Notes: generated from the sequence alone by a model not told the origin. A DNA stretch of 64,000 bases from Vulcanimicrobiota bacterium (GCA_963795855.1 CAWCIZ010000001.1:608001-672000), one strand, 5' to 3'. Shown: positions 42,844 through 54,269, counted from the stretch's first letter. A program made the numbers and translations.

Positions 42844-44684
42844 CGCGCCTGAGCCGCCAACTGGCGTCCTTCCTGCGGGTTGGCCGCATCTTCCCAGGCT
42901 TGCGCGAGCGTCTGCACGCACATTTCCGGCGAATAGTGCCGCTTCACGTCCTCGGATGCGTGTTTCTGCGGGCGAAGTTCGCCGCGTTCGTGCGCATCGA
43001 ACAACTCCCGAATCTCGCGTTCGATGTCGGCATACTCGGCGACGTGGCGCACGAACGGGAACGGCTGCGTCCAGACGACGTGCCGGCCGTACGAGAGCGC
43101 TTCCAGCACCATCAGCGATAAGCCGTCGTGCGGCGTAAAACGAACCAAAACCGTTGCCTCCTTGTACGCGTCTTTGAGATCGTCGCGCCAGCCGAGGTTG
43201 GTGACGTCGACACCCCCAGGCACCGCGATGTCGCCGCCGCCGACCACGATATACCGGATCGGTTTGTCGCGCATCCGTTCCATCAAGCGTTCGAATGCGC
43301 TGCGCCCGTAAAACTCGGAGCGCGTCTTCGGCACGTACAGCATGACGGTAAACGTGCGCGGCAACGGCAGCGCGTTCCCGTGATGATGGCGCGGCGGAAG
43401 CGGGGCGATGCGCGGCCGCAAACCGAAACGCTGCACTTCCTTCGCGGTCCACGACGCCTCAGCCAAATGCAGAATGTTGCGCGCGGCGAGCTTCTCGCGC
43501 AATTCCGGATCTTCGGCGAGCACGAGGATGTCCGAGCCAACCCAGTGCATCACGCGCGGCTTCCTGAGCAGACGCGCCGCGATCGTCAGGAAACGCTCGC
43601 CGATCGGATTGCCGATCGAATACCACACGTCGCAGTCGATCAGGGCCAGAATGGACGTCAATATCTCGAGCCGCGAACTGGTGCGGAGCAGCCGCACTTC
43701 CCAATTCGGCGCCATCGTGCGCGCGTAGGTTGCGATGTCCGCGCAGAAAATGCGCAAGCCGGAAATCGCGACGCGCTGTTTTGCCTTGCCGAGCGAAGCA
43801 TCGGTTCGGGGCATCAAGCCGTTCAAGCGCGTTTCCAAGCGCGCAGCGGTTTCCTTGCGTCCGAAAGAGCTCAGGACGTAGGTTCTTCCGGCAGTGTTGA
43901 GCGCAAGCGATCCCGCCTCGTGCAAACGGCGCAGATTCTCGAGCTGCTCCTGTGCTTGCTTGGCCGTGCGCGCCGTCCTCACGTGCGGAAATTCATCGTT
44001 CCAAACCACATGGCGCGCGCGCGCGAGCGCTTCGAACACCAGCATCTCCTTGCCGTCGTGTTCAGGTAACCGTAAGACGACGGTCGAGTCGTCTATGACG
44101 TCTTCCATGTTGTCGACGTAGCCGATAAACTCGACGTTCGCCGGGGTTATGCGGCTCGGATCTCCAGGTCCCACGACGGTAAACCGAACGTGCGGCATGC
44201 GGCGCGCGATCTCGTACACGAGCGATGCGCCGTGCGTGAGCACGCGAAATTCACTTGGGAGCGCCTTTACCGGTCCGCCCGGACGGACTGCGGTAAGCGG
44301 TTCGTATTCCGCGTAGAGGCCCAGCAGGGCGAGTTCGCCGACGAGCCACTCCCCATCCGAAATGTGATGGAAGTGTTCGTGTTTGACGATCTGCAGTTCG
44401 TGGGGATCGGCTTGCGCGCGAATCACGTCCGTTCCCGACCACACGACCACGACGGGAACGTTGTGCTTGCGCGCTGCGGCCGCCAGACCGGCGTCCGGAC
44501 CGGGGCCGCCGAAGCAGATCAGCGCATCGGCTTTGCGCATCGCGAGCAAAGCCAGAACGGTTTGCCTGCGCCGCGAGTCGTACGCGCGCATCTCCCAATG
44601 CTGCGAGTGCTCGTTCATTAGATCCGCCAAGTACTTCGCGTAGTACGGGAGGCCGGTGACCAGCGCGAGCCGCTTACGTTTCAT
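42840..44684 (-). CDS. Tandem two-module glycosyltransferase-like protein
   Basis: Duplicated motifs WSGTDV / WVGSDI and HDGKEMLVFEALARARHVVW / HDGLSLMVLEALSYGRHVVW (GT-B-like). Confidence 0.7.
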   Translation of the reverse strand: MKRKRLALVTGLPYYAKYLADLMNEHSQHWEMRAYDSRRRQTVLALLAMRKADALICFGGPGPDAGLAAAARKHNVPVVVVWSGTDVIRAQADPHELQIVKHEHFHHISDGEWLVGELALLGLYAEYEPLTAVRPGGPVKALPSEFRVLTHGASLVYEIARRMPHVRFTVVGPGDPSRITPANVEFIGYVDNMEDVIDDSTVVLRLPEHDGKEMLVFEALARARHVVWNDEFPHVRTARTAKQAQEQLENLRRLHEAGSLALNTAGRTYVLSSFGRKETAARLETRLNGLMPRTDASLGKAKQRVAISGLRIFCADIATYARTMAPNWEVRLLRTSSRLEILTSILALIDCDVWYSIGNPIGERFLTIAARLLRKPRVMHWVGSDILVLAEDPELREKLAARNILHLAEASWTAKEVQRFGLRPRIAPLPPRHHHGNALPLPRTFTVMLYVPKTRSEFYGRSAFERLMERMRDKPIRYIVVGGGDIAVPGGVDVTNLGWRDDLKDAYKEATVLVRFTPHDGLSLMVLEALSYGRHVVWTQPFPFVRHVAEYADIEREIRELFDAHERGELRPQKHASEDVKRHYSPEMCVQTLAQAWEDAANPQEGRQLAAQAR

Positions 44685-45175
44685 CGAGCAACTCTTCCAT
44701 CGAAATCGGGCCGGGATGCTCCCAGCGGATTACGCCCGTTGCGTCGACGTACAGGGTCGTCGGTATCATGCGCGCGCCGAGCACCGTGTGCGTGATTCCG
44801 CTGAGGTCGACATAGAGCGGATATGCCAAATGAAAGGCCCGCGCGAATGCCTGGACTTGCACGCCCGCTTCCTGTTGGTCGATGCCGACGACGTCGATTC
44901 CGCGGGCGCGAAGGCGCGGCGCAGACTAAAGCCAGGTCGGGCGCTTCCGCGCGGCACGGCCCGCACCAGGTGGCGAATACGTTAATGATCATCGGCTTGC
45001 CGGTGGCGCGCAGCGTGTACGCCGAGCCGTATAAGGAAGTCACGCGCAGCGGCACGAGCCGGTCGCCCGCATGCAGCATCCGGTATTGCAAGTCGTGCTC
45101 GTGGCGTGCGACGAGCAGCGCGATTGCGGCCAAGGCAAGACCGGCCAGCCATCCGTGCGCGCGGAGGATCCTCAT
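44674..45175 (-). CDS. TlpA/ResA-like membrane-anchored thioredoxin (frameshift ~44920)
   Basis: N-terminal TM, INVFATWCGPCRAE, then IPTTLYVDATGVIR...GPI in the second frame. Confidence 0.8.
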
Positions 45176-45264
45176 AGCCTTGTGATAGCAGAAGGGGGCG
45201 ATTCTGCGCAGACCCAGGCGAGCAAACGCGGTTGGGGCTGTTGCACTAACGGGCGACGACGATG

Positions 45265-45330
45265 ACGACCTTTTGCTCAACGCGCCGGGACGATACCCTC
45301 TGACCACCGGCGCCCACGCTCGCGTACGAT
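45265..45330 (+). promoter_or_regulatory. Conserved operator plus -10 box, copy 2
   Basis: ACGACCTTTTGCTCAACGCGCCGGGAC (45265-45291) and TACGAT at 45325; same 60-nt offset as copy 1. Confidence 0.7.
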
Positions 45331-45361
45331 AACGAAAACACGAATTGAAAGTGGTGGACCC

Positions 45362-46263
45362 ATGCTGCGACCTTTCCATCGATTCGCCGCGATCGTAGCG
45401 GCAGCGGCCCTGTTGTGGCCGTTCGGGTACGTCCAGGCGCTCGCCGCTTCGCCGGAAACCACGATTCATCCGGGCGATCAGCTCAGCGTCCAAGTGTACG
45501 GCGATCAGTCGCTCACACAAAACGTGACGGTACTCAACGATGGAACGATTGCCTACCCGCTGGTCGGGCAAGTGCCGGTTGCCGGCAAGACGCCCGAGCA
45601 GGCGGCCGCCATCTTACGCGAACGCCTGCTGAAATACGTGCGGCATCCCGTTATCACGATCGCGATTTCGCAGCTCGCGCAGCCGAACGTGATGGTGCTC
45701 GGCGACGTTAAAAATCCGGGCAAATACGCGCTTCCCTCCGATGCGCGTTTATCCGATGCAATTGCCGCAGCCGGTGGGCTCGGCGACATCGACGGCATGT
45801 ACCCGATGGCGCGCGTTGCGGACCGTTCCGGCCAAATCACGCAAATCAATCTACAAAAATTGCTTCGCGAAGGCGACACGCAGCTCGACACCAGGCTCGG
45901 TGAAGGGGACGTCGTGTACGTGCCCGGCCCGGTGCAGTTCTACGTCAACGTGACGGGCGCGGTCGACCATCCGGGCGCGATTCAAGTCAATCAAGGCGAC
46001 AGTCTGGCGGTTGCGATTGCCAAGGCGGGCAACAGCGCGAAGGCGCAGGCCGATTTGAATCACGTGCGCTTGATTCGCACCGCATCCGACGGTAAGCAGA
46101 CCACCGAAGACATCAATCTGTATCAGGCGCTGCAGGGCAACGACCAGTCTGCGAACGTCGCGCTCGAAAAAGGCGACACGATCTACGTGCCGCAGGCAAA
46201 ACAAAAACCGCAGAGCTCGGTTTGACCGGTCTACTGTACATTCTCTCGCGTTTCATCCCATAA
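45362..46263 (+). CDS. Polysaccharide export protein (Wza/OPX, Poly_export + SLBB)
   Basis: IHPGDQLSVQVYG, DGTIAYPLVG, VLGDVKNPG, GAVDHPG, LEKGDTIYVP. The ORF stops at 46225; a shifted frame adds GLTGLLYILSRFIP* to 46263. Confidence 0.88.
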
Positions 46264-46281
46264 CCGGAGGAAGAACAACAC

Positions 46282-48424
46282 ATGTTTTCGCTGCCAGCTG
46301 GGCAACCGATATCTGCCTCAGGGACGGAAACGACCCAGCAGTTGCACGGGATTCTCCGTACGCTGCAGCGCCGCGTCCGCCCGATGATTGCGATCTTCCT
46401 CGGGTTTATCGGTCTGGTTCTGGTTTTCTCGCTGCTGGTACCGAAGAGCTACACGACCGCAAATCAAGGTTATCGCCGGCAATTCCAGCGCCGTTCCCGG
46501 AAACGACAATACGGACAGCCAGTTGCCGGTGCTCAATGCTTTGCTCGCTGCCAGCGGCGTGCAGAGCGCCGAAACGTACGTCGAACTGTTCCAGGAAACA
46601 CCGGTCGCATCGCAAGTCATCCAAAATCTCGACCTGAGAATGTCGACGGCGTCGCTGCTCAAGCACGTCGACGTGAAACCAATTACGAACACCTCGATCA
46701 TCGACTTGTCGGTCACGTGGTCCAACCCGCGCACGTCGGCGCTGGTCGCCAACGAGTTCGGCAAAGTCGTGGTGGAACGTCAGCGGGACCTGGTTTCTTC
46801 CCAGGCGCAGCAAGCCATCGACTTCCTCAAAGTGCAGATGCCGGCGGCCGACAAGACGATGCACGACGCGCAAATGCGTCTCGCGAATTTCGAAGCGAGC
46901 CACCACATCGCCGACATCAACGCGCAGACGCAGTCGTACATCAACACGCTCGGCAACCTCGACGGAAAGATCGGTCAGACGCAGGCGGACATGCAGCAAG
47001 CCCGCGCGCAGCTCGCGAGCGTGAACGGTCAGCTCGGTCACACGCCCGCGACCATCACGGGCGGCACGACGGTCGCGGAGAACCCGGTGCTGCAGCAACT
47101 GCAGACGCAACTCTCGCAAGTCGACGTGCAACTGCAGACGGCACGCCAGCAGTATACGGATCAGCATCCGCCGGTGATCGCGCTCAAGCAGCAAGAGTCG
47201 CAGCTGCGTTCGGAGATCGCGCACCAGCAATCGACCGTCGTCGCGAACACCAACACCGTGCCCAACCCGTTGTATCAGCAACTCCAGCAGCAGCAGGCGC
47301 AGTATCAGGCACAAGTCGCGGCCGATCAGGCGCAGGTCGTCGAATTGCAGCGTCAGCGCACCTCGCTGAATCCGACGCTGGCGAAACTGCCGGCGCAGGC
47401 TGCGGCGTTGGCGGACTTGCAGCGCGCCGCGCAGAGCGCGCAAGACGTGTTTAGCGCGCTCCAGCAGAAGTACAACAATGCGAACATCGCACGCGACACC
47501 GCGCTGAGCGACGTCACCGTCACGCAGCCGGCGACGCCCGGCTCGGCGAAAGTCTCGCCGAACCTGCTGCTCAACATGCTGCTCGGCATTCTGCTTGGGC
47601 TCATTCTCGCCATCGTCGGCGCCTTCGTCATCGATTACCTCGACGGCAGCATCAAAGACGAGCGCGAAGTGGAAGAGGAACTTGCGCTTCCGCAACTCTC
47701 GCAGATTCCGCTGGTGCGGATGCGCAACGGCGTAGCGGCGCTGCCGTGGGTGCGCACCCTGACGGTGGAATCGTTCCTGCAACTCGTCACGTCGATCAAA
47801 TACGCGAGCGACTCGAAACTCGAGACGCTGGTCATCACGAGCCCCTCGCAAGGCGACGGCAAGTCGACGATATCGGTCAACGTCGCGCTCGCAATGGCGG
47901 AACTGGAACCGCGCGTGCTGTTGGTCGACGCCGACTTGCGCCGTGCCTCGATTCACACCAAACTGCGCATGAAGAACGAACGCGGGCTTTCCGACTTGCT
48001 CGTCGGCCGCGCGAAACTCGACGACGTCGTGCAGAAAACCAAATATCCGGGGCTGGACATTCTCACCAGCGGAACGCCGACGCCGAATCCCATCAAACTG
48101 CTCGAATCGCAGCGCATGGACGACATGCTTCGCGAGGCGAGCGAGCACTATCGCTGCGTCATCGTCGATACGGCGGCGCTCAGCGTCAATCTCGACGCGG
48201 CCGTGGTGTCGCGCAAAGTAGACGGCACGGTGGTCGTGCTTTCCGCCGGAACCACCGATCTGCGCGAAGCGAAGAACGCGCTGCGGCGGCTCAAGCAAGT
48301 GGGTGTGAAGAACATCCTCGGCTTCGTCCTCAATCGCGTCGTACCGCGCCGTTCCGATTACGGCGCCTACGAACTCGGACCTGGTGATGCAGCGGCTGAA
48401 GAAGAGCCGATGATCACCGCCTAA
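46282..48424 (+). CDS. Wzc/GumC polysaccharide co-polymerase with tyrosine kinase domain (frameshift ~46460)
   Basis: N-terminal TM + PKSY, Q-rich coiled coil, second TM, ITSPSQGDGKST, VDADLRR, IVDT. Confidence 0.9.
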
Positions 48425-48470
48425 AGGATCGCCCGACACACATCACTGCACGCCCACGAGACGAGAACGC

Positions 48471-48863
48471 GTGAAAGTACACGTCATTGAGCCGCAGGAG
48501 CTCTTCGTGTCCAGCCTGACCGAGGTCTTCAGCGACCTCGGTCTGCAGGTTGATGCGTTCTATGGTGAGACGAACTTCCGGCGACTGATAGAAGAGCCGC
48601 CGGAGCTGATCTTCATCGACATCGATTTTTCCGCGCAGGAACCGCTCAAGTTCATCACGCTGCTGCGCACGCTGCTGCCGAAGGCGCTCATCGCCGTTTA
48701 TACGAGCATGCGAAGCGCCGAATGGGCCAAAGCCTGCCATTTTTCGGGCGCGAATGCGGTGCTCACCAAAGCGGCCGACCGAGACGAGATCGTGCGCGGT
48801 CTGCGGCAAATGATCGACACGGGCGAGTTTACGGACGTGCGCCTTCGCACGAACACCGGCTAA
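48471..48863 (+). CDS. Stand-alone receiver-domain protein
   Basis: VHVIEPQELF, PELIFIDID, VYTS, GANAVLTK; 130 aa with no output domain. Confidence 0.8.
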   Translation: MKVHVIEPQELFVSSLTEVFSDLGLQVDAFYGETNFRRLIEEPPELIFIDIDFSAQEPLKFITLLRTLLPKALIAVYTSMRSAEWAKACHFSGANAVLTKAADRDEIVRGLRQMIDTGEFTDVRLRTNTG

Positions 48864-48913
48864 GCGCCGCGGCGCTAGGGCGCGCCGGAACGTGGGGCGA
48901 ACGGAAGGCGACC

Positions 48914-51549
48914 GTGACCGTCTCCGAGCTGCCCAAACAGTACGACCCCAAGAGCGTCGAGCCTCGCCTGTACAAGCGCTGGGAAAGCGCGGGCTACTTC
49001 CACGAGGAGCCGGACCGCGCGTCCGCCGTTCATTATATGCATGCCGCCGCCCAACGTGACCGCGCGCGCGCATCTTGGCCACGGCTCAACGTACACGCCG
49101 ATGGATATCCTCACCCGCTATCACCGAATGCTTGGCGACAATGCGGATTGGCTGCCGGGCACGGATCATGCCGCGATAGCAACGGAAACGGTTTTCGTGC
49201 GCCAGCTTGCCGCGGAAGGCAAGACGCGCGAATCGCTCGGGCGCGAGGCCTACATGAAACTCGCATGGGAGTGGGCGAGCCAGACGGGCGGCACGATCTT
49301 CGAGCAGTTTCGCGCGGTCGGCTTCGGCCCGGACTGGCAGCGCAGACCGTTTCACGATGGACGAGGGCCTCTCGGACGCGGTTCGCAAGGTGTTCGTCGA
49401 TTTGTACCGCGAGGGTTTGATCTATCGCGGCAAGCGCCTCATCAATTGGGATCCGAAAGCGAAAACGACGATTTCGGATGCGGAGGTCGAGCACGTGGAA
49501 CGCGACGCGATTTTTGTGGCGCATCCGCTATCCGTTCGCGGCCGGATCGCCGGACGAAGGCATCGAAGTCGCAACGACGCGTCCGGAAACGATGCTGGGC
49601 GACGTCGCGATCGCGGTGCATCCGCAGGACGAACGATATCAAATCGCTGATCGGCAAAACCGTTCTCTTCCGCCGCTGCTCGAACGTGCGATTCCGATTC
49701 ATCGCCGACGAGTCGGTCGAATCCGCAGTTCGGAACGGGCGCGGTGAAAGTCACGCCGGCGCACGATCCGACCGACTACGAGATCGGCCTTGCGCCACAA
49801 TCTCGACATGCCTTCCGTACTGGATCTCGATGCGCGCGTCACCGGCGCCGAAGTCGCCGTCGGCAAGTACGCCGGGATGGACCGGTATGACGCCCGCAAG
49901 GCGCTGCATCGGCGAGACTTACGCGAACTCGGCCTGCTTATCGAGGAGAAACCGTACCGGCACGCGGTCGCGGTGAGCCATCGCACGGACGAAACGATCG
50001 AGCCGCTGCTTTCGCTGCAATGGTTCGTGAAGATGCAACCGCTCGCGCAGCCCGCGCTGCAAGCGTATCGCGAGGGCCGCGTGCGATTCGTTCCCGAGCG
50101 CTACGGCCGCACGTACGAACAATGGCTCGAGAACATCCGCGACTGGAATATCTCGCGGCAAGTGTGGTGGGGACATCAACTGCCGGTCTGGTATACGCCG
50201 GCCGGCGACGTCATCGTTGCCGAAACGACGAAGAAGAAGCGCTGCGCATTGCCGCGGAGCGCGTTACGGGACGCATGGAACTGACGCGCGATCCGGACAC
50301 GCTCGACACGTGGTTCTCCAGCGCGCTGTGGCCGTTTTCGATTCTCGGCTGGCCCGAAGCGCACGCCCGAACTCGAGCATTGGTATCCCTCGCAGGTGCT
50401 CATCACCGGCGGAGACATCATCTTTTTGTGGGTCGCGCGCATGGTGATGCTCGGGCTTCAAGTTCATGGACGCGGTTCCGTTTCACGACGTGTGCGTCAC
50501 GCCGACGGTGTACGACGCCCAAGGGCGGAAAATGAGCAAGTCGCTCGGCAATGCGATCGACCCGATGGATCTGGTCGAGCGGTACGGCGCCGACGCATTT
50601 CGCATGGGGATGATGCGTCAAATCCGTTTGGAAAGCGCAAGAAGTGCGCTTTCAGGAATCGCGCTGCGAAGAAGCCCGCAACTTCAACAACAAAATCTGG
50701 AATGCCGCGCGCTACGCGCTCGCGCTGCCGGAAGGCTTGCCCGCGGCGATGACGCTGCCGCCGCACGATCGCCTTACGCTCGCGGATAAGTGGATTCTCA
50801 CGCGGCTGTACGACGCAACGCAAACGGTGAGCGGCGCGTTCGACGCGTACGATTTCGGTCTTGCCGCGGAAACGCTCTGGCGATTCGTGTGGTACGAAAT
50901 TTGCGACTGGTACGTCGAGGCGACGAAGGATGAGTATTCGCGCGACACGCGCGCAGCGGTGCTTTCCTTCGTCCTCAACGCCGCCATGCGGCTGCTGCAT
51001 CCGATCGAGCCGTTCATCACCGAAGAAGTCTGGCTGACGCTGCCGCACGACGGGCAGACGATCGTGACGGCGGCCTGGCCGGATCTCGCGGAGATCCCGA
51101 TCGATCGAGCGGCATCCGCCGCGTTCGAAACGCTGCAGCGCACGGTCGAGCGCCTGCGTAACCTGCGCGCGGAAATGGGGCTGCAGCGACGCGACACGCT
51201 CACGCTGCAGGTGCCGGCCGGCGTTCCGGACGATGCGGCATCGCTGCTTGCAACTTATCGCGGGCGGAGACAATGCGGCAGATCGGAAGCTGCCGCGGCT
51301 ACGCTGGAAGAGTCGCTGGCAGCCGTAACCGGGCTCGCGCCGAAAGGCGTTTTGTCCGAGCGATACAAGAAGGAAGCGGTGCGTCTGCGCGCCGAGGTGG
51401 AGCGCGGCGACGCGAAGCTCGCCAACGAACGATTCGTCGCGAATGCGAAGCCCGGCGTGGTGGCGAAGGAGCGGGAGAAACTCGAAGGGTATCGCGCGGA
51501 ACTGGCGCGCGTCGAAGCGCGCTCGAGGAAATGGGGCGTACGAGAATGA
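48914..51549 (+). CDS. valS: Valine--tRNA ligase (many frameshifts)
   Basis: [85 protein letters not shown]. Confidence 0.95.
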
Positions 51550-52097
51550 CCGCATCGACCGCGAAGCGGCGCGTTCTGGTCGGCGCGGCGGAGATCGATC
51601 GCATCGTCGCGCGACTCGCGCACCAAATTCTCGAGCCGCGAAGACGCGCAGGACGGCCTGTATCTCATCGGCATCCGCCGCGGCGGTGAAGCGCTCGCGC
51701 AGCGCTTCGCGGCGCAAGTCGAGCGCATCAGCGGGCGCAGGCCGCCGCTGGGTTTTCTCAACATCAATCTCTATCGCGACGACGAGGTGTCGCACGACTT
51801 GCCGGAATCGCAGATTCCCGGCGAGCGTCACCGGACAAGATGGTCGTCATCGTCGACGACGTACTCTTACACGGGCCGCACGGTGCGCTCCGCGCTCGAT
51901 GCGGTCACGGACTTGGGCCGCCCCGCTGCGGTCCGGCTGTGCGTGCTGGTCGACCGCGGGCTGCGCGAGCTGCCCGTGCAGGCGGATTACGTGGGCCGCT
52001 TCATTCCGACGAGCCGGCGCGAACGCGTCGCCGTCAGCGTTGATGGCCGCATCCGTCGGAACACGACGAGGTCGCTATCGTTGCGGACGAGACGTAG
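51546..52097 (+). CDS. pyrR: Pyrimidine regulatory protein / uracil phosphoribosyltransferase (frameshifts)
   Basis: RIVARLAHQILE, IGIRRGG, INLYRDD, VVIVDDV, YTGRTVRSALDA, LVDRGLRELPVQADYVG. Confidence 0.9.
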
Positions 52098-53002
52098 CCT
52101 CATCGATCTCGACGATCTCAACGCAGACGAGATCGAATACATCTTCGCAGCGCACCGCCGATTTCGAACGCGAGCGGCCGCCGCAGGCTCCTCGACGGCG
52201 TCGCGTGCGTCAACATGTTCTTCGAGCAAAGCACGCGCACGATGACCTCGTTCACGCTCGCGCAGAAACGCCTGGGCGCCGACGTCATCACGATTTGGCC
52301 GCGCGAGTCGAGTTTGAGCAAAGGCGAGACGATCGAGGACACGGCAATCACGCTCGCCGCGATGGGCGTGAACGTGATCGTCGTGCGGCATCCGGAGCCC
52401 GGATTTCCGCGCCGCGTCGCGCTGGTTTTCGACGGGCACGTCGTCAACGCCGGCGACGGCGGTCACGCGCATCCGACGCAGGCGCTGCTCGATTTCTACA
52501 CGATGCGCGAAGAGTTCGGCGACGTTCGCGGCCGCCAAATCGCGATTCGTCGGCGACATCGTGCACAGCCGCGTCGCGCATTCGAGCATTGCAGGGCTGC
52601 GCAGCCTCGGCGCGGACGTCATGCTCGTCGGTCCGGAAGCGTTTCTGCCGAACGACTTCATGCAGCCGCACGTGCGCGTCGAACGCGATTTCGACGCCGT
52701 GCTCGCCGAGCGTGGATGCGGTCGTTCTGCTGCGCATTCAGCGCGAGCGGTTCGACAGCATGCCGCTCTCCGACGAGGAGTACATCGCGCAGTATCGTTT
52801 GGACGCTAAACGGCTGGGGCGATTGCGTGAAGAAACGATCGTCATGCATCCGGGCCCGTACAACCGCGGCGTCGAACTGGACGATTCCGTACTCGAATTC
52901 GCGGGCTGGCGCTACGCGCGCCAGGTCATGCACGGCGTGAGCGTGCGCATGGCGGTGCTGGATTTTTTGGTCAACGGCGCGCGTTCGCTCGTGACTTCTT
53001 AA
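52081..53002 (+). CDS. pyrB: Aspartate carbamoyltransferase catalytic subunit (frameshifts)
   Basis: FFEQSTRT, SSLSKGETIEDT, NAGDGGHAHPTQALLD, HSRVAHS, LRIQRER, MHPGPYNRGVE, GVSVRMAVL. Confidence 0.93.
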
Positions 53003-53007
53003 AGGCG

Positions 53008-54269
53008 ATGCTGATTCGCGGCGGCCGTGTGGTCGATCCGGCGCAGCGGCTGGACGCGCGAATGGACGTGCGCGTTCGCGGCGGCGCGATCGCCGAACTG
53101 GGCGAACACCTGGAGCCGCAACGCGAGGAGGACGTGTTCGATGCGAGCGGTGCGTACGTCGCGCCGGGGTTCATCGACATGCACGTGCATCTGCGCGAAC
53201 CCGGCAATCCGGAAAAGGAAACGCTGAGCACCGGGCTGGCCGCGGCGGTCGCCGGCGGCTTTACCGCCGTCGCCGCGATGCCGAACACGAATCCCGCCAT
53301 CGACGCGCCGGAATCCGTAACGTGGCTGCTCGAATCGGCGGAGCGTATCGGCCTTGCCGCGTGTATCCGATTGCGGCGATCACGAAAGCGCGCAAAGGGC
53401 GAGAAGTGGTCGACTTCGACGCGCTGGCGCACAGCGGCGCGGTCGCGTTCAGCGACGACGGCAACACGATTGTCGACGGCGCGGTGATGCTGCGCGCCGC
53501 CGAACACCGGCGCCTGCTCATCGTGCACTGCGAAGACGAGCACCTCAAAGCGGGAACGGTGATGACGCTGGGTCCGACGTCGCGTAAATTCGGGGTCGCC
53601 GGCGTCCCGTCATCCTCCGAAGACGTCATCGTCGCGCGCGACGTGCTGATCGCCGCGCAAGCCGGCAAGCCATGGCACATCGCGCACCTTTCAACGCGGG
53701 CGGCCGTCGAGATCGTGCGCTGGGCGAAAGCGGCGCCGGTAAACGAAACAACGTTTGCACTGACGTGCGAGGCAACGCCGCATCATCTGGTGTTCACCGA
53801 AGCCCACGTAGCGGAGTTCGGAGCGCGAGCCAAAGTCAATCCGCCGCTGCGGTTCGAAGAAGACGTCAGCGCGCTGCGGCAAGGGGTTCGGGATGGAACG
53901 ATCGACGCCTTCGCTACCGATCACGCGCCGCATACGGAAGCGGAGAAATCCGCGGACCTGCGCGACGCATGCGTCGGATTCAGCGGCTTGGAGATCGCAA
54001 TCGGTGCATACGCGTATGCACTGCCCGATCTGCCGGTCACACGCTTCGTCGAACTGCTCTCCGCGAATCCGGCCGCGAATTTTCGGCGTCTCCGGCGGGA
54101 CGCTCGCGCCCGGCTCGCCGGCGGACGTGACGATATTCGCGGACCGGCCGTGGCGCGTCGACCCGAAACCTTTCGATCCAAAGGCAAATCGACGCCGTTT
54201 GCCGGAATGACGCTTCCGCGGCGCGCCGTCGCAACGATAGTGAAAGGCAGAGTCGTGTACAGTGAATAA
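53008..54269 (+). CDS. pyrC: Dihydroorotase (frameshifts)
   Basis: PGFIDMHVHLREPG, AMPNT, VHCED, HIAHLS, CEATPHHL, KVNPPLR, ATDHAPH. Confidence 0.93.

Noticed and set aside
46406..48439. Long antisense ORF (677 aa) opposite wzc, and similar ones at 6242..7903, 9638..10699 and 50497..51831
   Set aside because: Shadow ORFs caused by high-GC codon bias of the real gene; no recognisable motifs.
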